Source: Pecten maximus (Eukaryota). From it: 64,000 nucleotides of DNA. Both the position numbers and the translations under genes were made by a program. A model generated the notes under the pieces. That model did no database searches. It had not been told where the DNA came from and saw nothing but the letters and a program-made list of their open reading frames with translations. Below, one piece after another: positions 41,401-51,720 of the stretch. The stretch covers positions 50,654,001 to 50,718,000 of the forward strand of contig NC_047018.1 in assembly GCF_902652985.1 (NCBI RefSeq), read 5' to 3'. The first letter of the stretch is position 1, and every line of letters begins with the position of its first letter.

Positions 41401-44400
41401 ATAAGTTACCTTTCCTAGTTAGTTCTGCAGAAAAGGGTGCATATGTTCATATTATTAAGACCATTTTTTTTAGCAAGGCATGCTCAGAACATATTTTTGT
41501 ATGTATCGGCAGTTGTGAGCACCCACTTAGAATACAAATTGGGGATCCCAAAAAGTAACATGAGTACGAATCCCCTGCACGTCATTAGTTATTATTGTAC
41601 TATAGACTCCAGCGTATATGTCAGTCATCATAACGAGAGGGGCGGAGCATTGGGTCCATGTGCCATTTTATTTATATTTTCTTTATATGTATGCGTATAC
41701 CTTATATAATACCGGTCTATATATGGAGTTGCTACAGGCGATACGAAGGTAGTACGTTTTTACCAGACTAGTCCAAGAAATGAATTTATTTTTGCATTAG
41801 AGGTTGGAAATTTTTTTTAACAAAGGTTTCTTAACTGAAATAGATTAAGTAATGGTCCACTAGAACAAATAAAGCCTAAGTCATTCATTGCCTGGACTAG
41901 ACAGGCTGTAACAAAGTCTAGAAACACCTGTAAGCTAAGCTAGTTTATACACAACACAACAAGCAGTATGAAAGGTCAAAAATTTATTGAATGGAACCAA
42001 AACTTGTTCAGGCTCATATTGATGATCTAAAATGTTTGACTTTCTCAGGAGCTGCTCATTCTTACAACTAAATTATACAATTAAATTTGACTCACTACTA
42101 AGCCATTCAAGAGAGGAAGTACTCTTAAGCGATTAAAGAGCAGGTTGCAGAGAGATCTGGACTCCTGAGCGATTCAAGAGAGGAAGTACTCTTAAGCGAC
42201 TTAAGAGCAGGTTGCAGAGAGATCTGGGCTCCTGATCGATTCAAGAGAGGAAAGTACTATTAAGTGATTTAAGAGCAGGCTACATAGAGATTCTCGACTC
42301 TTGTGCATTTCAAGATAACTCTAGCGATAAAAGTGTAGGCGAAAAACTATTGAGTGATTCAAGCAACACTAATAAATGATCAAGACACCCAAACTCTAGA
42401 GGGAATCAAGATGGAATGATACAAATTATTACAATTAAAACAAACTACATTCTAAACTTAGTGATTAACTATAAGGTATAAGTTGTAGAATTCCTCTAGG
42501 AATAAGCCTAAAATTGAACTTAAAGTGACAATAATTTCGGAGTGACATACATTTATTACTGTGAGTGATCATGAGAGCCTCCATAACTAATCTGTACTAA
42601 GAAGAGCAGCCCAAAAACAGTGTGACGACAAATGTAAAAGAATAAATTTTAAAAGACACCGGATGTACAATGAGGTGCTGCGAGCCGGCTGCCCCAACCT
42701 GAATCAGGGAGGTAGGTTTATCCAATGCTCAGACCAGCTGGCCAGGTGTTGTCCTACCATGAGGCCTAATTACCCCTAAAAGAGCCCGAAACAAGTTTAA
42801 AAAAAGAAATATATATATAATAAACATATTAAAAGTAAACACATATTATGAAAACAACATATATACAAGAAAAGTACATGCATGTATAATAAAAACAAAC
42901 AACAGTATATGAATATTAAAAAGGTATTTTGTACATTTATATACAAACATCAGTAAAGAAACTGCAAATTCTTAAAGGTGGAGGTGGGGCGGATGGCGGA
43001 AGATGAAATAAAACACTGCTGCTACGAATAACCACACTGCCCAAGACTGAATGCAGGGGGCGCTACCCATATAATGTAATTTCATTGGTCAACCAGGTCA
43101 CGTGATCGATAAGCGCGAGATTAGAAATAGGTCCTTATTTGCATAAAGACTGCGACAAGGTTTTTCAATGTTGTGTATAAACAAATATTTAGTAAACCAA
43201 ATCTACATGTTGATACCTGGATCAGCCTTCCAAAGCAACGTTCCATCAGTGTTTGCTTTTGAACATTTGAAACCCGTCAAGCGGTGAACATATTCAAACT
43301 TATGAATGTTCCCTTAAATAAACGTCCTGATTTACGCATGCGTATACGTTAGCGACTTATTTTTGATAGCTCTAATTATACACTCGGATGTATACGTAAC
43401 AACACTATGTGAAAACGGAACTAGAATAGAGATCTTCTCTGTAGTTCGATCGGTTGAGCAGAAGATTAGTAAGCTAGCTGTCCTGGGTTCTATTCCTGGC
43501 AGAGGGGATGATTTAGATTCAATTGATAATGAACTCTGTTACGTTGGTATGTACAGCAGATTCAGGCTAGAAAAAAACATATAATATACCTTTTAAATAA
43601 AGAAAGGATTGTGGTTATACACCAGCTCACCTGATCATTGATTTAAGACAATGTTAAACAGAATCATACTCACCAAACACCTGTACCTCACATAACTCCA
43701 GAAGAGAGTCATTACTATACCAGCTGTATCGTTTTGGGTTGTTTCTATAGTTGTACACAGTCACATACCGACCTATTTGCAGGCACTGGTGTGTTACCAC
43801 CAACTGTACAGCATCTCTAGTACTACTAGTGTCCTCGTAACAGAGAACACCGTTTGGTGGTGTGCTAGTTGTATTGGATGCGTAAAGCTGGTATCCTGCC
43901 AATCTTTGCTGAAAATCATCTTGAAAGAAAACAAAAATCCACAGGTAGATAACCATTTTAAAAGGCATGTATGAGGATAACTGTGAATGTAAAAGTCGAA
44001 TGTTACCAATCCAATCTTACATCATAATTGGATTGTTATTTTTGAAGTCATCTAGGGTTAAAAAAAAACAACAATTTTCTTCGCATCACAAAGATAACTT
44101 TCTATAGGGTGGTAGGTCATATTTGATACATCACGTTCCCGCCATGCCATTCTCTAAAGGTTATCGGTTACTGGTTCTCGTACAATTAATCACTGGCAGT
44201 GAAAGGGTTATGTTGGATACTTCCAAACGTCACAATGAATACGTATATAATACCCAGGACATATTGCAACTTTGATAAACCAGAGAGTGGTCAGGTGTGA
44301 ACCCACTTAACGACGGACGAGGAGGGAGAAATCGAGCAGACAAAACTGACGTCTTGGAAATACATGTTTACATTCTGACTATATCACTTTACATTTTATT

Positions 44401-47400
44401 ATCCAGTGCCCATCGCTTTTAACATGTAACACCTTTAGATACACTTTTAGGGTTTTGAAGTATCAGATTATGTTAAATTGGGTCGTCTGCCAGACTAAAG
44501 ACATTGTCAATTCATACTCAATTTCAAACAATACTCATCAGACGTATGTATATATTCCACATTGGATGAAATCACTAGATATAAGATAAGTATATAATCT
44601 TGACAACAGTAAGGAACTTGTCTATTTGTCAGTCTGTCTGTCTTTTTGTCTGTTGTTTGTCCGTCTGTCTAGTGAGTCGTCCTTTTGCAGAAGGAAATAG
44701 TGTGTTGTATTGTTTAAAGAAAATGTATCGGTCGCTTTAACCGCTCTAAACAGTGAATCATTAATATAAATGTATTTCAAGAAATACATATTGTACACTT
44801 AATGCTTTGAATTTCAAATTATGTTCCGTATAGATAGAATGTAATGATATACTGACAGAATTCACATAAAAATGTATCACAGTAAAGGGAAATATGGGCA
44901 CAATGGTCAACTCCACATTTTACATGCTTTCAAGTATTCTCAACAAGTATGCAAAAGTCAACATCAAACGAAAAATCAGAAAACGGCAAGTACATTGGCG
45001 CAATACATTTTTAGATACATTTTACTACACTATATAAAACACTGTTGGATACATTCTAGTTACAATACAAAACTCTGTTAAATACACATTTTTTCACAAT
45101 AAATAAGCTTTAATTATCTGGAAAATATTAAGGAGCTTATCAAAACAGGTAACATATACCTTGCAAACATTTTCATTTAAGTCTATAGATAGTGTCGATG
45201 AGTTTTTTTTTAAATGACACATATACTCTATGTAAACCCGAAATCAAGAACACCAAGACTCTATGACATCAGCCGCTTACCCAGGCTCTGCTAATTACGT
45301 AACCAGCAAAAACAACTCAAAATTATTTGTATGACAATTTGAATTTCTCAATTTGTAACGTCCGCTCTCCATAAACACGGGACGTGAAAGTTCTTTTGGG
45401 ATGGTTGTGTTGCGATAAACATAATTCAACACAGGATATAAAGTTAACTTATATTTATTAATCCACATGAAAATCCCAAAGGTATAATCTAATCCTATGA
45501 AGTTTAATCCATCTTCCACACTATCGCCGGCGCGTTCACACTTAACAGTTCACACACATTCAAACAAGTCAAAAGCTACATACTCACATTCGAACGGCAC
45601 TCAGGTCCGTTTAGTCTGAAAACTATTGGAGAACTCCCTATGCAAAACGCCGAAGTCTTTTTATATCCCCCAAGAGTTAAATAATATGTATAAATTGAAG
45701 ATGTGGTCAATTGACCAATCCTGACCTTTAACCTGAAATACAGGCGTCTCTAAACCCCTATAACGTCATTTCTAATTATAGCTCTAGGCACTGACCACTG
45801 GTCCAACGGACCGTGCACGTGTGCTGCATAATAACGACTGACTTCCAGATGCTACCGTTTGGTTATTTGACAGACAACGAATGAAGAGTGTAAACCTAAA
45901 ACGGGTTAATTAACTACTTTTCTAAGGGAAGCAACTCGAATAGATTTGGCTGACTATGGCGTTTACATGGGCTTTCTATACTAGGTAACGTTGAACATAT
46001 AACATGTAATACTTGTCTTTAAATAAAACGTACCTACTTAACTCTTAAATATCCCTAATGACATATGATACAACCTATCTATTTCCTAGTTCACTACAAA
46101 TTGTTGATTATTCTTTTCTACATGTATAATGTGACATCCCAGGTTCCAATACCTACAATTCTAATATATCCAATGTTTAAGGACTTGTTTTCATGATACC
46201 CGTGACGGTTGTCGAATGCTAACGAACAAATACATAACGCTAGACTTCTCGAGATGTAGGTTGACGGTGACAATGGCAAAGTTGAAAAGTCGTAATAATC
46301 ATCTCATTTGGAATTATATTGCGTTGTGCCGTATGAAACCAGCCATGTGAACTGTTTCCCTTTTGGTTCAGTGTTCATATCGAGAGTTTCACACAATTAA
46401 ATCGGGCCTAGATTTATATGGTGTTGTCGACGAGACCGAAGACGCTTAATGGCCTGGAACTCGTACTATCATTCTCTTGTAATTTTTAAGGGTCTCAAAA
46501 CAGAATTTGTTGATATTTCCTCCTCATTTTTCGACTTTGAGTTACCATGGCGGTTCCGCTATAACATTGAAACCCTCTGCGACTGTTGTTAGCAGACCGA
46601 AGATGTCTTGATATTTTTGCTTAAGAATAATTTATAAGCATAAATCACTATTCTATTTTTACTGTTCAAATATTGTTTGTGTCCTAGGGATATTAGCTAA
46701 GTATATCGTACCATTACCAAGTGACCATTATAATAGAATGTGTTGTTTAGATGGGTTTTATTATGAGTGTGATCTTATCATATTAATTAAATATGAAATT
46801 ATATCATTTGTGGTAATGACACTAAACTCACTTCTGTAATATATTTTGATCCTAGTTATGGTCATCAACTCTCCCAGATCAACACGCCACCAGGCCGTCT
46901 TGAGACCTTGCCTCGTATGTGTACAACAACCAGCATCGAAGTCTGTACAGTTGTCCACAACTTTACTTGCTACATATTTAGGATTCCCCTGGTCACTACT
47001 TTGAACTGTTGCTTTACTTAGGGCGACGTTACCTGCAATAAATGAAGTATTAGTTCATACCTTATGAATTGAAATTAACGATGTTCTGACATATCTAATC
47101 ATATAATCTTCCCTTGCCTTGAAGATGTGATAAATTATAAATATTCCAATATGATAATTTCCATCCTTCTATATGTGTTACAATAATAACCCTCCTTATT
47201 GCATTGGCAAAACCGACTATTTTGGTAGATACATGCACATTAATGGTATATGGATATTACCTCCCATATCAATTCACGTAACATTTTGAATGTATACAAC
47301 AAAGCATTCTAAAATCATTTATTAACCATTCATTTAGATGGTTTTTAGTACCAATTTATATTGTTGACATATTCAGGTGAGGAGAGAAATGTTATGTGCC

Positions 47401-49259
47401 CCCGTTCATGTTCAAATTCTCAGCGAGTTCATTCTGTTATCTTCTATTGATAGCGCTAATGAATTATTCCAGGATAATATTCATTCAAGGTTTATTTTCC
47501 TTCTGAAATAGCTCCAATATAGAAATGTTACAAGACAAAAAATAGATAACACCTATAAAAGACATATGTGATGCATGTTGTGTGATAGGTGGTGAATAGT
47601 CTGTAAGCGCTGTAAAATCTAGCACATACGTACTCGCCACACGCATGCATTTCGCACGCATGGCAGGCCGTCCTTAAAAGACCTAAGCTGTTGATAGGAC
47701 GTTAAACAAATGAAACCAAACCAAACCAAACCAAACATCTTAAACCGAAATTCCAATATGATATATTTTCTTCCGCATTTTTCATGAAGTTCTCTCCATA
47801 CTACATTGGGGATATCCAACTGTTTTTGTTATCTGAATTAACACGGTTGGTGTATAACATCACCTGTCACATTCATTCACGACACGATTAAAATGCATAG
47901 ACAATATTACGCAACGTGTAAGTCTCTAATAATCCATTTACTAGTGTCTATTTCAGTACCATTTCCTATTTCAGCATATCTCCCTGTTCAGGTTCAAAAT
48001 TTCAGCGTGCTGAAACTTGATAGAGATTTTAATATCTAAGAAAGGACAAAAGGTCAGTTAATGTGTGTAACGAAATGAGTTGATATAGTTAAAGAAATTA
48101 AAATAAATTCAATACGTGTAAATAAAACCGTAAGTATCAGAGGAAGCCTTCAACATTCAACTCGTTCCCTCATGAAGGTGAAGGGAGAACGTCATTGGAA
48201 AAGGAGTATAAATATTTCATTTGTATTTGGGAAAAGGAGATGACTGGTGGAGGGACGGAGAGTTAAGGGAGTTGGGAAAGCAGATATCACAATAGTGAAG
48301 GACTGATAAACTGCCGACCAATGTCACACAACCTGAGGTATGAATAATCTTTACAAACAACATACAATAGTATTGTGTTACATGGTCGAAGAAACTAATA
48401 TTTTATACTAAACCCGGGATTTGCGTGTTAACATACAATAACGTTGATTCTAAAAATAAATCTAAAACAAATAAACTGGAGAGATAAACATTAATGCTAA
48501 GATGTATGTGTATATAAATTGTCTGTATTTATATAACTGACCATTAAGATTCATACCAGGAGCGCTAAAAGTGCCAATAAAACATTTTTGAAAAGTAAAA
48601 GTTTCTCATAGTGTTATGTGCACCGGGGGTACAACGGAGCGGTCATCCAAACAAAAGCTCGACGTTGCTATATGTTCTTCATATCAATGTTTTAATTTCT
48701 ACAAGTTTTTATATACTTTCCGTCGATATATGAAATCATATATACTTTTTTGTTACTGTTGGGCCGATGACAATGATTAATGCTATACCGATAAACATGT
48801 ATCCATGGTGATATATATCATTGTCATTACACATTATCGTTTGTTGTATCTTGAAAGGGACTTGTGAATAGGTCCAAGATGTAATTCATGTAAAGTAAAC
48901 AAATGTAGTATATTTGTATTTAAAACATTTCGAAAATTTACTACAAAACAATAACACTTTAATATTGAAACAGTCGTTAGTGTATAAATAGTTACATGGT
49001 GAATGACATGGCGATCCTGGAAGTGATTAATGTCAGCTATTACGGAATAACATACTGAAACACTAATTACCGACCTGTCCAATCAGGAAGTGAAATTACC
49101 TACCTCAAATTAAGTATTATTAACTATAAACATGTACGTTGTTTAGTTTTACTATTTTCAGTTTGTATATAAGTACTTACTTTCAGATCTTACAGTATAA
49201 AATATGACGAACAGGACCAGGATCACACCCCTTCTCAACAATATCTTTTCCGTCGTCAT
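14421..49259 (-). CDS. Gene B (complete, 31 exons, ~1187 aa): receptor-type protein tyrosine phosphatase with N-terminal F-type lectin domain, ~10 EGF-like repeats, TM, PTP D1 + D2
   Basis: Hand-spliced GT-AG exons with compatible phases sum to 3564 nt in one open frame. PTP motifs: [67 protein letters not shown]: [26 protein letters not shown]. Confidence 0.93.
15285..15420 (-). CDS. Gene B PTP D2 exon
   Basis: [36 protein letters not shown]. 136 nt. Confidence 0.9.
15593..15750 (-). CDS. Gene B PTP D2 exon
   Basis: [22 protein letters not shown]. 158 nt. Confidence 0.9.
16031..16147 (-). CDS. Gene B PTP D2 exon
   Basis: [29 protein letters not shown]. 117 nt. Confidence 0.88.
16665..16790 (-). 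CDS. Gene B PTP D2 exon
   Basis: [37 protein letters not shown]. 126 nt. Confidence 0.9.
17331..17404 (-). CDS. Gene B PTP D2 exon
   Basis: [25 protein letters not shown]. 74 nt. Confidence 0.9.
17817..17916 (-). CDS. Gene B PTP D2 exon
   Basis: [26 protein letters not shown]. 100 nt. Confidence 0.9.
18544..18690 (-). CDS. Gene B D1-D2 linker exon
   Basis: [21 protein letters not shown]. 147 nt. Confidence 0.92.
19412..19547 (-). CDS. Gene B PTP D1 exon (P-loop, Q-loop)
   Basis: [28 protein letters not shown]. 136 nt. Confidence 0.93.
20172..20317 (-). CDS. Gene B PTP D1 exon (WPD loop, catalytic Cys)
   Basis: [20 protein letters not shown]. 146 nt. Confidence 0.93.
20425..20553 (-). CDS. 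Gene B PTP D1 exon
   Basis: [31 protein letters not shown]. 129 nt. Confidence 0.92.
21736..21833 (-). CDS. Gene B PTP D1 exon
   Basis: [33 protein letters not shown]. 98 nt. Confidence 0.92.
22128..22164 (-). CDS. Gene B PTP D1 micro-exon
   Basis: [13 protein letters not shown]. 37 nt, AG/GT. Confidence 0.9.
22615..22691 (-). CDS. Gene B PTP D1 exon
   Basis: [26 protein letters not shown]. 77 nt. Confidence 0.92.
23123..23210 (-). CDS. Gene B PTP D1 exon
   Basis: [29 protein letters not shown]. 88 nt. Confidence 0.9.
23699..23886 (-). CDS. Gene B juxtamembrane exon 2 / PTP wedge
   Basis: [32 protein letters not shown]. 188 nt, phase 1-0. Confidence 0.88.
24458..26050. mobile_element. 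~1.6-kb element with 12-bp IR and ~155-bp terminal palindrome, nested in another palindromic element
   Basis: TTCTCTCATATC (24458) / GATATGAGAGAA (~25879-25890), and palindrome 25893-26048. The flanks 24310-24457 and 26050-26130 match the element at 33425-33818 in reverse. Confidence 0.6.
26308..26450 (-). CDS. Gene B juxtamembrane exon 1 (an alternative in-frame donor would extend it to 26299)
   Basis: [47 protein letters not shown]. Phase 2-1. Confidence 0.8.
26856..26973 (-). CDS. Gene B transmembrane exon
   Basis: [40 protein letters not shown]. 118 nt, phase 1-2. Confidence 0.9.
27590..27768 (-). mobile_element. SINE-like 3' fragment with (AAACC)n tail
   Basis: Near-identical copies at 35622-35795 (same orientation) and 47620-47737 (opposite). 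Confidence 0.7.
28228..28317 (-). CDS. Gene B membrane-proximal EGF-like exon
   Basis: [29 protein letters not shown]. 90 nt, AG/GT. Confidence 0.88.
28540..28686 (-). mobile_element. tRNA-derived SINE 5' part (V-domain-like core)
   Basis: The minus strand has an A/B-box-like head followed by GGTTTTTCATCCGATACTCCGGCTTTCCCC. A deleted remnant sits at the gene C breakpoint, ~60178-60235. Confidence 0.5.
30481..30576 (-). CDS. Gene B EGF-like exon
   Basis: [31 protein letters not shown]. 96 nt, AG/GT. Confidence 0.88.
   Translation of the reverse strand, partial: NALLESTVMNVIRTVLEIVMRRCVEGTQETV
30978..31070 (-). CDS. Gene B EGF-like exon
   Basis: [30 protein letters not shown]. 93 nt, AG/GT. 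Confidence 0.88.
31440..31535 (-). CDS. Gene B EGF-like exon
   Basis: [31 protein letters not shown]. 96 nt, AG/GT. Confidence 0.88.
31730..32160. mobile_element. Unclassified interspersed repeat; diverged second copy at ~49880-50715
   Basis: Shared collinear blocks: gtgcggccatt, ggtcaagaggcat, ataaatgcag.atagaca, acttgaggaa..gtcata.cacggttacg. Confidence 0.55.
32518..32613 (-). other. Gene B EGF-like exon with intact frame but AG>AT acceptor (probably skipped)
   Basis: [31 protein letters not shown]. Acceptor reads ttttcAT versus ttttcAG in its duplicate at 30481-30576. Confidence 0.75.
32975..33067 (-). CDS. Gene B EGF-like exon
   Basis: [30 protein letters not shown]. 93 nt, AG/GT. Confidence 0.88.
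33425..33818. mobile_element. ~390-bp non-autonomous element with a ~130-bp palindrome and a perfect 38-bp palindrome
   Basis: Palindrome at 33428-33556. AAAAGTGATATTTTTCACTAGTGAAAAATATCACTTTT at 33736-33773. A second copy is split at 24310-26130. Confidence 0.65.
34262..34357 (-). CDS. Gene B EGF-like exon
   Basis: [31 protein letters not shown]. 96 nt, AG/GT. Confidence 0.87.
34525..34620 (-). pseudogene. Frameshifted EGF pseudo-exon in gene B (counterpart of gene A exon 1752-1847)
   Basis: CIPEKYEN, then a 2-nt deletion, a TAG in the ancestral frame and no donor. The flanking intron matches 1848-1890. Confidence 0.75.
34795..34890 (-). CDS. Gene B EGF-like exon
   Basis: [31 protein letters not shown]. 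96 nt, AG/GT. Confidence 0.88.
35090..35189 (-). pseudogene. Degenerate EGF pseudo-exon in gene B
   Basis: [27 protein letters not shown]. Acceptor is CGG instead of CAG, and several Cys are lost. Confidence 0.75.
35622..35795 (-). mobile_element. SINE-like 3' fragment with (AAACC)n tail
   Basis: Copy of 27590-27768. Confidence 0.7.
36493..36557 (-). pseudogene. Truncated EGF pseudo-exon in gene B
   Basis: [20 protein letters not shown] followed by a GT donor. The 5' part and acceptor are missing, and there is an in-frame TGA. Confidence 0.75.
36821..36916 (-). CDS. Gene B EGF-like exon
   Basis: [31 protein letters not shown]. 96 nt, AG/GT. Confidence 0.88.
38195..38290 (-). CDS. Gene B EGF-like exon
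   Basis: [31 protein letters not shown]. 96 nt, AG/GT. Confidence 0.88.
39890..39988 (-). CDS. Gene B EGF-like exon
   Basis: [33 protein letters not shown]. 99 nt, AG/GT. Confidence 0.9.
42100..42320. repeat. 67-bp minisatellite, ~3 units
   Basis: attcaagagagga starts at 42105, 42172 and 42239. Confidence 0.85.
43432..43508 (+). mobile_element. Degenerate tRNA-like sequence (SINE head or tRNA pseudogene)
   Basis: TGTAGTTCGATCGGTTGAGC A-box-like and GGTTCTATTCC B-box-like motifs, but poor stem pairing. Confidence 0.45.
43674..43919 (-). CDS. Gene B exon 3, F-type lectin C-half
   Basis: [29 protein letters not shown]. 246 nt, phase 1-1. Confidence 0.9.
46832..47032 (-). CDS. Gene B exon 2, F-type lectin N-half
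   Basis: [39 protein letters not shown]. 201 nt, AG/GT, phase 1-1. Confidence 0.9.
47620..47737 (+). mobile_element. SINE-like 3' fragment with (AAACC)n tail
   Basis: Reverse-complement copy of 27590-27705. Confidence 0.7.
49181..49259 (-). CDS. Gene B exon 1, signal peptide [26 protein letters not shown]
   Basis: ATG at 49259, hydrophobic core, GTAAGT donor, phase 1. Homologous exons at 8493-8583 and 61879-61957. Confidence 0.85.
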
Positions 49260-50264
49260 TCTGATTTTAATGGCGACTCCACACCAACAAGGAAGTTAAA
49301 TGTACAGTGTTTAAGGTTCCTGTTTCAAATATCAAATGACTGTTTTGGACGAGGTGTATTTTATAATGACAACACCAACTTGTTCCAAAAAATGAGTCAA
49401 TAGCTATTTAAATGGTGTACTTTATTGCAATACAGCCATACAATATGCACACACTTTCAGATTTCTGCTAACACAAGGCGTAAAAAAACTGCCGGTATTT
49501 AAACCACGAGGTTCAAATGATTGCAATCTAGCTGGTAATAATTCCTTTTTGTAGGCTGTCGATTTGACAATGATTTGTTTTATTTCTGCTTTGATTTTAA
49601 AAATCAAGTGTTCTTGCCATGATAATAAACGATTCTAGAATAAACAACAATATTATATCTTTAATTATGAAGTTGCCCTAATTGTTCAGGCCTGTCTATC
49701 TATGACATTCTGTTATCTGATCTGTGTTTAGATATGTTTGATGTGCATGTGGATTGTTTCAGTATCTTATATAATATCTAACTGTATACGGTGATTGTCA
49801 TACAGTCCTCATACCTTTATATATCATGATATGTTAAGTCAATCGAATACAATGATTAAATTGTATCAAAGGGTTTGATTTCGACAGGTAAGTTTACACT
49901 TTATTAACGCAAACCCAAAGTAATGTCACTGTAGCTTAAAGCATGTTTCTCATGTACGTTCATATGTATGTGCGGCCATTTCAACATGAGACAACCACCA
50001 GACTTGTCACTCTACGGTCAAGAGGCATAACTCCTCTAAAATGCAGAGAGAAGTGGGTGCTTTAATAGCTTAGCAGGGCTGTATACCCTAAAATAGCCAC
50101 CATTGAAGGACAGTCAAGTGTACAATGCACGTAGGAAGCCGAATACAAATAAATGCAGTATAGACATAATCTGTGTGCTGTGGTCTAGGAGGTTGTTTTC
50201 AGAAGTTGTGTGACTGGAAGTTGTGTTTAAGGACCATATTCCTGGAAGCGTTGTGTTCAAGAGC

Positions 50265-50392
50265 TGTGTGGTGAGAAGTTGTGTACTTGGAGAGATGTGC
50301 TCAGAAAACATGTTAAGTGCTTGGAGAGCTGTGTGCTCAGAAAACATATAAAGTGCTTGGAGAGCCTTGGGCTCAGAAACATGTAAAGTGCT
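50265..50392. repeat. ~36-bp tandem repeat, ~3 units
   Basis: gtgcttggagagctgtgtgctcagaaaacatgttaa and variants. Confidence 0.75.
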
Positions 50393-50819
50393 AATGATAT
50401 ATGTCATTGTGTATTTTATCAGAATGTTAAATCGTTAGAGATATCTTCAAAACTTACGTTTATGGAGTTTTAGGTATGCTAAATATATAGTCATATCCAG
50501 TCAACTCCGTCACCTGAACCTTGTAGATTACCATAATGAGTCTGGAAGTCTTTTGCCCTATGTAACAGTGATGGGACATTAGGTGGCAAGATATCCAAAA
50601 CAATATACTACCGGTACAGTGCTTTACATAAACCATTGAAACGGGTTGGAACCGACAACAAAAGCGTCGTGCGACTTGAGGAAAAGACTATGTCATAACA
50701 CGGTTACGCGGGATAAATAAACTTTGAGTTAAAGAGAAAAACAATAATTCATTAATTAAATAGGATATATGAATTCATTTGTGTAATATTTAATTAATGA
50801 ATATTTGTTTATATTTTCT

Positions 50820-51720
50820 TCTTTCTCTAGTCAGGAAGTTCATAAATGTTTACATGTTCATAATGAGGGCAGCCTTTTCCTGTTTTCAGTTTATATCTTA
50901 CTTGTAAGCACTTGCTTCCAGATGAAGCTGTATTAAATATGAAGCACTCCTTTTCTTAACAATATATGCGCCATTTCTGAACTTAATGACGTCTCCACAC
51001 TAACAAGGAAGTAACATTTAAATTGTTAAAGGATTAAGATCAAATAGAGGTTTGGACAAGTTGTATTTTGATATGACTATACAAACACGTCTGAAACAGC
51101 GGTTTAACCCACCTACATGTTTGTGAACCTGATACTACCCTGTAATACAAGCTTACAGGGAGTACACGTCTGTTTCCAGTAGGCGTGCATAAACAAATGT
51201 TAAGTTTGCACTCTAGATATTCAATATCATTACTAGGTTTTTACCTTGCTATTTAAGTCTGGCGATTTGACAATGATTAATATCCGTGCTTTGAAATTAA
51301 AACACTACTGTTATTATGAAACGTACTAAATTTCAAAACGCATATTTTTGTAACATTATAATATATAATAGCTAACTATATACGCTGATATTAATGTGCG
51401 TTCGGATTGTAACATACTATCTAACAGCTAACTTTATAAAGTGGTATTAATTAGCGTTTAAATTGTACCATTATAATAGCTAACATATCACTGTCGGAGA
51501 AAATATTTGAGATAGGGCATGTTTGGTACCGTACTTTAATTTTTTCCCCACATGCATATTTCTTATAATAAAGGGAGGCAGCTCCTTATATAGTAGTCTC
51601 TGTATGTCTAAAAGAGAAATATGTTTTGATATCAACATTATGTGTAATATTTGTCTATATGTCGTTAGTTAACCAAATTCAGGTAATATACCTTTAACTG
51701 TTTTATTTTTATTGTCATTA
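50820..51720 (-). pseudogene. Orphan relic of exon 1 plus promoter region (fourth copy)
   Basis: 50916-50974 resembles the signal exon (20-nt deletion, in-frame TAA, GC donor). 50975-51720 aligns with gene A upstream sequence ~8575-9300. Confidence 0.7.

Noticed and set aside
43432-43508. Functional tRNA gene
   Set aside because: Stems pair poorly and the T-loop is altered; better explained as a SINE head or pseudogene.
45295-46200. Solo LTR in gene B intron 2
   Set aside because: It appears to be an insertion relative to gene A, but I could not identify a TSD or a second copy, so it is not called.
14421-49259. Assigning a vertebrate symbol (PTPRK, PTPRA, PTPRC, MEGF10)
   Set aside because: The domain architecture matches none of them, and orthology cannot be established without a phylogeny.
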